A stretch of 64,000 nucleotides of DNA from Octopus sinensis (lineage: Eukaryota): NCBI RefSeq assembly GCF_006345805.1, contig NC_043009.1:8618001-8682000 (forward strand), in the 5' to 3' direction. Position numbers and translations under genes: made by a program. The notes below the pieces were generated by a model, which was not told where the DNA came from, searched no databases, and was given only the letters and a program-made list of their open reading frames with translations. This document shows, one piece after another, positions 53,111-64,000 of the stretch. Every line of letters begins with the position of its first letter. The stretch's first letter is position 1.

Positions 53111-54649
53111 GACCTATGGACACCACATGCCTAAAACATCTATCTAATCTATAAATAACATGGAGTCAAATCAATAACAACAAACAGCACTAATACAACT
53201 GAGCCAGAACATTTCATACCCACTAACAAATACTTAATATTCCTAAGACATAGCACAAAACCCCTATTTTTCTTTTAGATTTAAAATTTTCGACCCTGTA
53301 CTTGAGGAGATCCATTGAGTCAAGTACACCGACATCAAAATCAATGGAAACTGCAGTTGTGATCCCTGAGCCGGTGGCACGTAAACAGCACCATCCGAAG
53401 GTGGCCGATGCCAGCGCCGCCTTGACTGGCTTCCGTGCCGGTGGTACGTAAAAAGCACAAATCCGATTGTGGCCATTGCCAGCCTCCCCTGGCACCTGTG
53501 CAGGTGGCATGCAAAATGCACCCACTACACTCACGGAGTGGTTGGCGTTAGGAAGGGCATCCAGCTGTAGAAACACTGCCAGATCAGACTGGAGCCTGGT
53601 GCAGCCTTCTGGCTTCCCAGATCTCCGGTCAAACCGTCCAACCCATGCTAGCATGGAGAACGGACGTTAAACGATGATGATGATGATCATCATGATGATG
53701 ATGATGATGAAGCACCAACCTGAGGACAGAAAAAATAAACATAAAAAAAAAGGAATTGGCCAAACAACAGAATTCTGACTATATTACCTATTGCTTGCTG
53801 AATACAGACTGCCTGCTTGTTTCATCTTCTCAAATTTGATACTATAATTTGTTCCTGTTATTTTTAAATGTACTATTTTATGACCCCTGGAAAAATTGGC
53901 TATTTTGCTAGTCTGAAGGAAAAAAACTATGCAATTAAAATTGCAGTAACAGTTATTGTATCTACGTAGAGAAGAAGAATGGCAGTAGCTCCACTCCTAT
54001 AAGTAAACCTATGGTGTTTGTAACTGGCAATGTTCTTGTGCCTTTTGTTGTTGCTGTCTCAGTGGCCTTGTAAGGAAAGGTGCTGTCAGACAGCCATGTA
54101 CATAGGGGTTGGAGGTTCTAATCATTTATAAGGCAGTGGGCGGAATCATAAGCATACCAGGCAAAATGCTTGGCAGCATTTCGTCCATCTTTACATTCAT
54201 CATCATCATCATCATCGTTTAGCGTCCGTTTTCCATGCTAGCATGGGTTGGACGTTTCGACCGGGGTCTGGGAAGCCAGGAGGCTGCACCAGGCTCCAGT
54301 CTGATCTGGCAGTGTTTTTACAGCTGGATGCCCTTCCTAACGCCAACCACTCCGTGAGTGTAGTGGGTGCTTTTTACGTGCCACCAGCACAGGGGCCAGA
54401 GAAGGCTGGCAACGGCCACGATCGGTTGGTGGTTTTTACGTGCCACCGGCATGGAAGCCAGTCAAGGCGGCACTGGCATCGGCCACGTAATTCTGTTGAG
54501 GTCAACTTTGCTTTTCATCCTTTCAGGGTCAATAAAATAAGTACTAGTTAACACTGTACCACGACATTTCATATCCCCAATTGAACACTGGGGTTCATGT
54601 AATTGACTTATCCTCTCCTTTGAAATTACTGGTCTTTCATTCTTATTCT

Positions 54650-55032
54650 TTTTTTACTCTTCTACTTGTTTCAGTCATTTGACTGCAGCCATGCTGGAGC
54701 ACTGCCTTTAGTCGAGCAAATCAACCCCAGGACTTATTCTTTGTAAGCTTAGTACTTATTCTATCGGTCTCTTTAGCCGAACTGCTAAGTTACGGGGATG
54801 TAAACACACCAGCATCGGTTGTCAAGCAATGTTGGGAGGACAAACATATACACACACATACATATATGTATACATATATACAACGGGCTTCTTTCAGTTT
54901 CCGTCTACTAAGGCTTTGGTCGGCCCAAGGCTATAGTAGAAGACACTTGCCCAAGGTGCCATGCTGTGGGACTGAACCCAGAACCATGTGGTTGGTAAGT
55001 AAGCTACTTACCACACAGCCACTCCTACGTCT
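54650..55032 (-). mobile_element. SINE family A copy
   Basis: Near-consensus reverse complement of family A. Confidence 0.85.
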
Positions 55033-55414
55033 ATGTAACTATATCAGATGAAATCAAGACAAAGCGAGAAATTATGGAATAGCAGTAACTAAATGGTATT
55101 TGATGGTATAGCTGTCACTTGTTTCAGTTATTGCACTGTGGCTTTGCTGGAGCACTGCCCTGAAGGCTTTTAGTCAAACAAATCACCTCCAGTACTTATG
55201 TGTTTTAAAGTCTGGTACTTATTCTATTGGTCTCTTTTATTAAACTGTTAACTTATGGGATGTAAACAAGCACCAGTTGTCACATGACATTGAATGGCAA
55301 GCATAGAACTAAAGACACCCATACTGAGACATATACATGTGTGTGTGTGTGCATGTGTATATATTTGTGTGTGTGTGTGTCCCTATTTAAGCATTGAATA
55401 AACCCTAAATTACC

Positions 55415-55658
55415 AGTGGTAGGGTTTATATTTACCTACTTTGAGATCTAGGTTAATATCTAAGAAGTTGATGGAGTTGTACTCTTTTTCAGTTGCAATA
55501 GATAGTCCTACATTCCTAAAGAATTTAAGGAATCTTTTCTTATAAATATCCATTTGTCTATTAGAGGGACCATCCTGGGTGAAAAGTCCATCATCCCTGT
55601 ATAGAGCACCCTCTAGTTCTGGAAATTCTTTACTTAAGGTAAACAATGGTAAACAATG
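55415..55658 (-). mobile_element. Penelope-like element reverse transcriptase fragment
   Basis: Translates ...GALYRDDGLF...KKRFLKFFRNVGLSIATEKEYNSINFLDINLDLKVGKYKPY. The YRDD catalytic motif followed by NFLD and Y-x-PY is the PLE RT pattern. Confidence 0.8.
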
Positions 55659-56354
55659 ATATATATATATATATGGGCTTCCACAGAGTTTCCATCTATT
55701 ATATTCACACACAAAACATTGGTTAGCAGGGATCCTATAGTTAAAACCATTTTCCCACAGTGCTGCACAGTGAGACGGAACCTGAATCCACATGATAGCA
55801 AATCAAGCTTCTTAACAACACGACCATGCCAAGGAAGTGAAAAAACAAAACCAGAGAATTTGAAGAATCCTCATGACAAAGAAATTCATTCAACCCTTCC
55901 AACATCTCAGGAATAGTCATGTTATCATTAACTTAGTTAATGCAGTGAGCGTTAAATAGCTAATTAGCAATAATTAGGCAGTGAGAGAAAAAAAGACAAT
56001 ACTCGTCAATGACTAATATTATCTTAATTACTGTAATGAGTGGAAATAACTCTGGACATGTTTTGGCCTTATCTTTTATCTGTTTCAGTCATCAGTCTGC
56101 GGCCATGCTGGGGCATCCACCGCCTTGAAGAACCTTCAATCAAATATATCAACCCCTGTATTTTTTTTAAACCTGGTACTTTATTCTATTGGCTTCTTTT
56201 GCTGAAATTCTAAGTTCTGGGGATATAAACAAAGCAACACTGGTTGTCAAGTGGTGTCAGGGGACAAACAGAGACACAAAGAGACACACATATATATACA
56301 TATACATACATTCATATATACATATATATATATACACACACACACACACATATA

Positions 56355-56666
56355 TATAAACAAAAATTTTTATGAGTATAATTATAATTAGGGTTCAGCA
56401 AAAAATTTGCTTCACCACATACCGAAATTTAGAAATAGCAGTTAAAACTAGTTTTTTCTTTACCATAAGAAAATGTCCCAGACAACAATACTCAACTACC
56501 CAAGCAGGCAAAGAGAAAAAAATAACGAATCCACCCGGCTTTGATTAATAGTAACTGCGTTTTGGAGTTAGATAGATGTGAAAAATGTAAAAACTACATT
56601 TCCACTCTATCATTCTCACTCTTCAGTACAGTAATTCAAGATTTAATTAATTAATTAATTTTACCC

Positions 56667-56700
<34 letters not shown>
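56355..56700. repeat. Unclassified ~350 bp interspersed element, copy 2, nested in a SINE microsatellite
   Basis: Shares ataattataattagggttcagca...accgaaatttagaaatagcagtt...atccacccggct... with copy 1 and splits a family A SINE. Confidence 0.7.
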
Positions 56701-56709
<9 letters not shown>

Positions 56710-57327
56710 CACATTCACGCACACACACGGTGGGGCTTCTTTCAGTCTCCATCTACTAGATCCACTCCCAAGGCTTTGGTCAACCTGAGGCTATAATAAA
56801 AGAAACTTACCCAAGTTGCCACACAGTGGGACTGAACCTGAAACTATGTGGTTGGGAAGCAAGCTTCTTACCACACAACCACACCTGTACCTATTAAACC
56901 TATTCAACAAAATATAGACTTCCCAGTATTAGTTGCGACAGGCTACATAACTGTAATGGAGCTCTTTATCCAGTTTCCAGAAATCTGGAAATTCCAGAAA
57001 CCCAAGAATACCGTACACTACCATGCAATATGCTGTATCCTGTATTAAGTATACAGACCTTGTTTTTGATGTTGGTTAATTTGCTTTGGTGTGTTAAAAA
57101 TAGTTTTCTTCTTTACGCTTTTTTTAAATAGACTGATTAAGAGACTAAACATGCTCTGCTTTGGAAGCATCTCAATTTGTTCCTACATCTGTTAAATAAA
57201 ATCATGTTCTTTATTTGCCTTTGTTTAATTTTCATTTTATAAACATTATACTGTATACATGGTACGATATATTTTAAGAATTTTAAGTGGATTCATAGAT
57301 ATCAAATAGACCCTGCTTTAAAAATAT

Positions 57328-57695
57328 ACTAGCACTATGACCCAGCAGCACCGGGTCATAGTGCTAGTGCATGCATATACAGCTGCGTGCATGCACACAT
57401 ATACGCGAGTACTGTCCAAATCTCCAACCAATCACATACAGCTAGCTGGCATTCAATTGGCGTATCAAGTTTCGGACATTTTGATTGAGTTTTGGATAGA
57501 AAATTCACAAAAAAGTCACTTCTATTGATTTTTTAATGGCTTTGAGGGGTGACTGGGGAAATGTAAAGATGTGCACGACCACCCTTGGGCGCATTTGAAT
57601 GACCATAGAAAGTGCGAGCCCTCTAACTGAAAAATTGTGGATTTGTATAAAGGACACACACACAGACATTTTGCCGTTTATATATAGAGAGATTA
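57328..57695 (-). mobile_element. Helentron/HINE-like non-autonomous element
   Basis: One end is a 16 bp perfect hairpin (actagcactatgaccc / gggtcatagtgctagt, 9 nt loop). The other end reads atctctctatatataaacgg...(tg)n on the minus strand, the usual HINE end pattern. Confidence 0.55.
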
Positions 57696-59894
57696 ATTTG
57701 AATCTGTTAAATACAATTTAGTCCTTTACTTTTCATAGTTTAATTTATATTTTAAGTATATATTTAAACTGCCTCCAGAAACTCCAGAAATCTGGACCAC
57801 TTCTAGCCCCCAAGCTTGCTGAATATTTAGTCCTATACTGTATCAACAGTTTCTGTAAGTGAAGTTTAACTTCACTTCTCCTCCCTTGGTTTCGCTATTT
57901 GAGTGTTAATAAGAGGTTGTGAGTTTGTGTCTTATGAGATGTATATATTGTAAACATACTTAACTCTATATACATACCATGAGTGATACAACCCCCTCTC
58001 AGTAGGCAACAGTTGTATTGAGTTCAGATCTTCCAGTAAGTTACTGGTGTCTAACCTGGCTAAACATTTTGCGGGCCTAATTTCAATTTGAAACTAAATA
58101 TATATGAATGTGTATCCAAATATATTATTCATAACCAACCTGTACTGGTATTCTAGTTATTAAATTAGATACTACATGGCAAAATGGTAAATTTTGGAAC
58201 TCTAATAGTTAAATATTACATGATACTGTGACAAACTTTGGCACTCCCATAATTAGATACTAAATGATACAGTGGCAAATTTTGGCACTCTAGTAAGCAG
58301 GTGGGTTTGTATGGTTAAGAAACTTGCTTCTCAACCATGTGGTCTTGAGTTCAGTCCTACTGTGTGGCACCTTGGGCAAGTGTCTTCTACTATAGCCTCA
58401 GGCTGATCAAAGACTGCAAGAAGCCCGTCCTATATATATGCATGTATGTCCTATGTATGTATGTGTTTGTCCCCTACCTCAACACTTGACAACCAGTATC
58501 AGTGTGTTTACATCCCCATAACTTAGCAGTTTAGCAAAAGAGACTGACAGAATAAGTACCAGGTGTAAGAAATAAGTCCTGGTGTTGATCTGTTCGACTA
58601 AAGACCCTACAAGGTGGTACTCCAGCATGGCCACAGTCTGAAACAAGTAAAAAAAAAATGAAAGAATATAAATCTGTGATGGGCTAAAAGGCATGATTTG
58701 TTTACATACATGCTTTCTTTATTCTGCATACTACGGCCATATTCGGCTGTTTTTTTACTTTGCATACATATGCTGTCTTTTTATTTCAATTCAGCAAGGC
58801 CATCTTAAGATATGCACACAAACACAGAGTTTTTATCCAACACAGCAAGGCCAGAGAATGCCTCCAGCTATATGCATACATATGCCATCTTTTCCCAGCA
58901 TAGTGGGGCCATATTAGAATTTGCTTTCTTTCTTTCTTATTTGTTTTATCTTGATGCTTTGTCAGGAGAGAAGGGCAACATCCTTGACATTTTATAAGGC
59001 CTCCAAGACTATCGGGAGGAAGGGAGGAATATATCTTCAAACCAGGGACACGGCCCAATTGCATGCAACTGGCTTATACGCATACCGTACACATGGTGTC
59101 TTGAGAAGGTCTTTAACCACACACACACACACACATACAGAGTCACACATACTCACACACTGTCTTTATCATATTAGGATGTCATTAACTGTGCATGCAC
59201 ACATACAAGCACACACTCACTCGCATACACATACACATGCTGTCTCTATCCGTTACAGCAGGACCATATTAGAACGTCTCTAGATATGCTCACATAAACC
59301 TATTAGGTGATAAATGATGCTGAAAATTGATAAAAGGCCAGAAGCATAATCATAATTGTACTTGGAATATGCTTAGAATATGGTATTGATTCCCACATGG
59401 CTTTCTTTCATTATTTTCTGTTTCTTTATTCCTGCTGGTTTTGCGTAAATTCTGAAGCACACACACACACACACGCTCGCATGCACACACTATAAAGTCA
59501 GTCCGTTGAGCTTGACCTTTTGTATCCTTCAACAAGTGATTATGTCCTATTGACTTTAAGACGAGATAGACTTGTAACATTCATACCTTTTGCCCAATGC
59601 GTAAGCAAAATGAGTAAAAAAAAATATCAGCTTAAACTGAGAATTGACCTATAGTTTTAATTCATTGGGCTACTACCATTTACACCAACACGCTCACACA
59701 CACACACACATCCTCTGCATAGTCATTAGGCCAGCTACAAATAGCAGTCAAATATCCTTCAAATCACACTCTACTGTCTTATCGCCTTAACTACCATGTC
59801 CTGTTACTGAAACTTACTGATGTTGCCTCATATTTCGCAGTCACACTGTATACTGTTTAATTACAAAGAAATACAATTTGTTTGCATTCTTACA

Positions 59895-60115
59895 ATCTAT
59901 ATATATAAAACAAAGGATGTCTGTCTGAGTGTGTAATATCTATGCATTTCTACAGTTTTCAACCGATTTTCACCAAACTTTACACACACATTACTTATGT
60001 GTCAAGGATGGTCATGCACTGTAATTTTTTGCCCAAAGCTCCCGTGTAAGGTGTGAAATCGAGGGGGGAATGGTGTTTTACACAGGTTTTTCTCTAAAAA
60101 CTGCAATTTTCAACC
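59895..60115 (+). mobile_element. Helentron/HINE-like 5' fragment
   Basis: Starts atctatatatataaaa...gtctgtctg...accgattttcaccaaact. Confidence 0.5.
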
Positions 60116-60129
60116 TATTCTCTCCATTT

Positions 60130-60480
60130 TCTCATTCTCTGTTTCTCCTGCTTCTCTTTCACCCTCTGTAATAGTTCCTCTCTTTTAGTCTATGCCTTCT
60201 TTCCTTCCTCCTCTTACTTTCTTCCTTTCTCTTTATTTCCTTCCTTACTTTCTGCTGTCTTTCTTTCATTCTTTCTTTCTCCCTCTTTCTTTCCTTCTTT
60301 CTTTCTCCCTCCTTTCATTCTTTCTTTCTTTTTTCTCCATCCACCCTCCCTATTTCTTTTATTCTTTCTCTCTTTCTTTCTCTTTCTATCTTTCTCCCAT
60401 CTTTCTTTTGTTCCCCCCTTTCTTTCCCTCTCTTTCGTTCTTTCCTTTCTTTCTCCCTCCCTCCCTCTTTCTTTCCTTAT
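60130..60480. repeat. Long imperfect polypyrimidine (CT/CTTT) tract
   Basis: About 350 bp, almost free of purines on the + strand. Confidence 0.9.
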
Positions 60481-61435
60481 GTTCAACTAAAGGTGGTGCT
60501 CCAGCATGGTCACAGTCAAATGACTGAAACAAGTAAAAGAATTTAAAAAAAGCCATGCCATTTTAATCCTGACCAATGACAGGCATCTCTGCTAGTACTT
60601 CATAATTAAGCTTTGATATTTAGCACTCATGTCATTTAAATATCCTCTAAACTACGTCAAAGATACAGACTAGAATGTTTTCCCAAATTATCAAAATGTA
60701 CCCCCAATGGTGCATGTGGAAGTTGTGTGAAGTTTACGATGAACCACAGGTGGGACATGTTGTGGTTAATGTGTTAAAAAGAAAAGATATTTTGAATACT
60801 GTAGTCCTAGATACAGTGCCATCTTAAGGCATGGGCACTTTGGGCAGTTACCCTGGCACCCTGTTCTGATCTATGTATGTTATGTCAATAAGTAAATACA
60901 TCAAGACCCAGTGCATTGATTTGCCCTGGAGCCTGTAATGCTACTAAGACAGCTGTGCCTAGATGCTCTACTCCTGAAAACAACAAGACAAGATGGGGTG
61001 TTAAGACTGGAACACTTTTTGATCATAGGTTTGCTCAGTTAAGGTTGACCAAGGGCTAAGCAACAACAGCAAAATCATAATTTCAATCTAGTTTTCATAG
61101 TCGTTTTGTCAGTTGTTTTTATTTTGAGAAGGAGAAGGCAGCGAGCTTGCAGAATCATTTGTACATCAGGTAAAATGCTTAGTGGTATTTCTTCCAGTTG
61201 ATTCTGTTCTGAGTTCAAATCCTGCCAAAGTCAACTTTGCCTTTCATCCTTTCTGGGTCAATAAAATAAGTGCCTGTTGAGCACTGGGGTTGATGTACTT
61301 GACTACCCTTTCCCCCTAAAATATTGCTAGCCTTGTGCCAAAATTTGAAACCATTATTTTGAGAGGGAAAGGCTAGTCTTAGTTTGTTGGGTTATTTTTG
61401 TTCAATATGTAATATTTTCTGTTATTGAATTTCAG

Positions 61436-61565
61436 ATAAGGTTCAAAGTGTGAGAGACATTGACTGTCGAGTTTACAATTGGGAGAAAATGACCTGTACT
61501 TGGGACCTTGGAACCAGATATTTGCACATGGACAGCATGAATGTCACATTAGGCTGGACAATAAG
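61436..61565 (+). CDS. Coding exon for the start of the cytokine-binding homology (FnIII) domain
   Basis: Acceptor tttcag|AT at 61435/61436; donor AAG|GTAAAT at 61565/61566. The exon is 130 nt, phase 1-2, in frame with the Ig exon (T+AT = Tyr). Translates YKVQSVRDIDCRVYNWEKMTCTWDLGTRYLHMDSMNVTLGWTI, showing the C-x9-C-x-W signature of type I cytokine receptors. Confidence 0.9.
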
Positions 61566-63180
61566 GTAAATTTGTTTACTTTTTATAACTCTTTAAAAAT
61601 TTTGGGAACATGTACACCCAAGGTGATGACATATTGCAGTGTGTGGAACCAAATTTGGTTATTGAAACTAAGTAATGAAATTTGGAAATTTGATTATGTT
61701 TTTAAGCTTGTGGATGGAGAGAAATATTAATATGTTGGCCAAATCTCATTTTTTGAGAAGAGTTGGCCAATATTTCAAGGAAATTCCTCAGCAGAAAACG
61801 GTTGGGAACCACTGGTCTGGAACAAGGGTGGTCGTTTTTGTACCTCAAGCAAAAAACAAATGCAGCAGAACTTCATCTATCATCATCATCATCATCATCA
61901 TCGTTTATCTATGAAAAAAGATAATGTATCTTTAATATTCTGGTTTCTCTAGCAGACTCACAAGAGGATTTTGAACTTCAGCTTCCCCCCATTTAATGAA
62001 ACAAGTAAACAATTAATTATGCAACGCCTTTGCTACAAATGGCAATAAGTTATATTTACTGCTAGGTGGACTAGCCAACAAGAGTTAAATGTCTTAACTA
62101 TAGAAATAGAACAGCGCCAATGTTGAGATATTACCAAAAAAAAAAACCTTGACCTTTCAGTAGGTGGGGTGATCTTTCAGTAGATGCGCCATCACTCTAT
62201 CAGATTGATCAACTTGTGACACACCCTGCCCACAAAAACCTTAACAAAAAAATACACCTAATATTTAGAGTAATTTACCTAAATTTTAGAATCATCCACC
62301 AGAGACAAGATATTTACACAAACAAATCTTTTTTCTTTATATTTATATGTTTTCCCTCTTGTTTATTTCTTTCTTTTTTTTTTATGTGCCCTAGCACTTA
62401 GCTTTGTTTTTGCCACCACTATGCTTTTTTTTTTTTTGTCTGTCTGTCACCAGCAGGTCCTATTCTTTATTGTGAAATGGTTAGGAGTATAGTAGACAAG
62501 AAGCTGTGTGCTAATGTACTGATTTGTAAAAATTATCCCACTGAAACTAGCTTTTCGCAAAAAAAAAAAATAGGTGCAAGATAGTATTTTTTTTTTTCTG
62601 TTTTATCTTTCACTTGTTTTAGTCATTAGACTGCAGCCATGCTGGAGCACCACCTTGAATTTTTAGTTAAACAAATCAACTCCAGTACTTATTTTGTTAT
62701 TTCAAGCCTAGTACTCATTCTATCAGTATCTTTTGCCAAACTGCTGAGTTACGGGGACATAAACACACCAACACTGGTTGTCAAGTGGTCATGTAGGTGA
62801 CAAAGACACACACACACACATATATATAAAAGAACCCCACCCCCACCCATCTAAGTCAGCCCTAATCAAGCTGTCATCTTTTATTTAGATTTAGACACAG
62901 TGGACCAAGGACTACATTACTCAATGTGTCCTTTTTTTTTAAGAAAAAAAAGACTAGCTGGATATGATTTGAGGGAGATTTGGCTGCTATATGTAGAAAG
63001 ATGAGCAACTGCATACAGAATTTTTCATTAACTCATGGAAGTTACTGTTGACCATTTGGAAGCATTTAAGTTTGGAAACAAGAAGGAAATGCTTTTATCA
63101 TCATTATTCCTTTTCTTCTACATTCTTTCCTTTTATTCTCCTCTTTCTATTTCATCATGGTTTCTTTGCACCATTATCAT

Positions 63181-63232
<52 letters not shown>

Positions 63233-63235
<3 letters not shown>

Positions 63236-63429
63236 GGTCCCGGGTTGAGTCGGGGTTAACCACAGTAAATAAGGTACTCAATACATAGCAGAGTAAATTA
63301 ATTTATTATATAGAAGGAGATTCTACAGGACTAGAACTGTTTCATTCAAAAGAAATCATCAGGAATCCTGATGATTTCTTTTGAATGAAACAGTTCTAGT
63401 CCTGTAGAAGCTCCTTCTATATAATAAAT
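63233..63429 (-). mobile_element. Palindromic Penelope pLTR-like element, copy 2
   Basis: 63 bp inverted arms (63301-63363 and 63367-63429, one mismatch at 63320/63410) plus the same tail as copy 1, reverse-complemented. Flanked by (TA)n on both sides. Confidence 0.7.
63318..63368 (-). ncRNA. Type I hammerhead ribozyme motif (copy 2)
   Basis: The minus strand reads GGAUUC-CUGAUGA-U-UUC-UUUU-GAA-U-GAAAC-AG-UUCUAGUC-CU-GUA/GAAUCU. Stem I GGAUUC/GAAUCU gives 6 bp including one GU pair. Confidence 0.65.
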
Positions 63430-63675
63430 ATATATATATGTATATATAATTCTAATAATTCTATTTATATCTATGTCACTCTGTCTTTCTTTTATCTGTG
63501 CTTCATTCTTGATTTCTCTCTCCATCATGTGTGTGTGTGTGTAAGAGGGAGAGAGAGAGAGAGAGGGAGAGAGCTATACAAACACATATACTTGTGTATG
63601 TATTCTTTTCTCTTTATTTCTCTCCCCCCCCCCCCATCCACCTTTCATTCCCTTTGCCCATAATTTTACTTCTAA

Positions 63676-63912
63676 GGCGGTGAGGGCGAGCTGGCAGAAA
63701 CGTTAGCACACCGGGCGAGATGCTTTGCAGAATTTCCTCTACCATTATGTTCTGAGTTCAAATTCCGCCGAGGTCGACTTTGCCTTTCATCCTTTCGGGG
63801 TCGATAAAATAAGTACCAGTTGCGCACTGGGGTCGATGTAATCGACTCAATTCCTTCGTCTGTCCTTGTTTGTCCCCTCTATTTTTAGCCCCTTGTGGGC
63901 AGTAAAGAATAA
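63676..63912 (+). mobile_element. tRNA-derived SINE family B with 14 bp target-site duplication
   Basis: gagctggcagaaacgttagc...gagttcaaattccgccgaggtcgac... The sequence aattttacttctaa is repeated at 63662-63675 and 63913-63926. Other copies lie near 11683-11916, 32483-32667 and 61135-61360 (+), and 4565-4780, 5010-5190 and 28730-28930 (-). Confidence 0.9.
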
Positions 63913-64000
63913 AATTTTACTTCTAAAATCACATTCCATCTCCTGCTCTCAGTTTTGTCCGCCTCCCTCTGTCTCTTAAACCCCTTCATCTCTCTCTCCC

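Noticed and set aside
58795-58915. Strong-looking acceptor and a 41-codon open stretch in intron 2
   Set aside because: The phase-1 frame stops after four codons and there is no clear donor.
61479-61730. 83 aa ORF overlapping the third exon
   Set aside because: Wrong frame; the conserved cytokine-receptor motif is in another frame.

Overview
This is eukaryotic, AT-rich, repeat-dense DNA that looks like an octopus genome. The attribution is inferred from the SINE families, microsatellite load and intron sizes; no database search was run. The only host gene I can support is the 5' part of a + strand type I cytokine receptor of the domeless/gp130 kind. It has three frame-compatible coding exons: 20201-20285 (signal peptide), 40151-40444 (Ig-like domain) and 61436-61565 (start of the cytokine-binding FnIII domain). 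They are separated by introns of about 20 and 21 kb, and the gene continues past the window. The rest is intergenic or intronic. It holds many tRNA-derived SINEs, 3' fragments of CR1-, RTE- and R4/Dong-type LINEs, a Penelope-like RT fragment, Tc1/mariner, MULE, piggyBac-type and Helentron-type remnants, a decayed 28S rRNA fragment and large microsatellites. Nearly all other ORFs in the track are low-complexity or repeat artefacts. The most unusual signal is a ~190-200 bp element present twice (18694-18884 and 63233-63429), each time inside a (TA)n tract. Each copy is a 60-63 bp-arm palindrome containing a complete type I hammerhead ribozyme motif, and is probably a Penelope pLTR-derived remnant.
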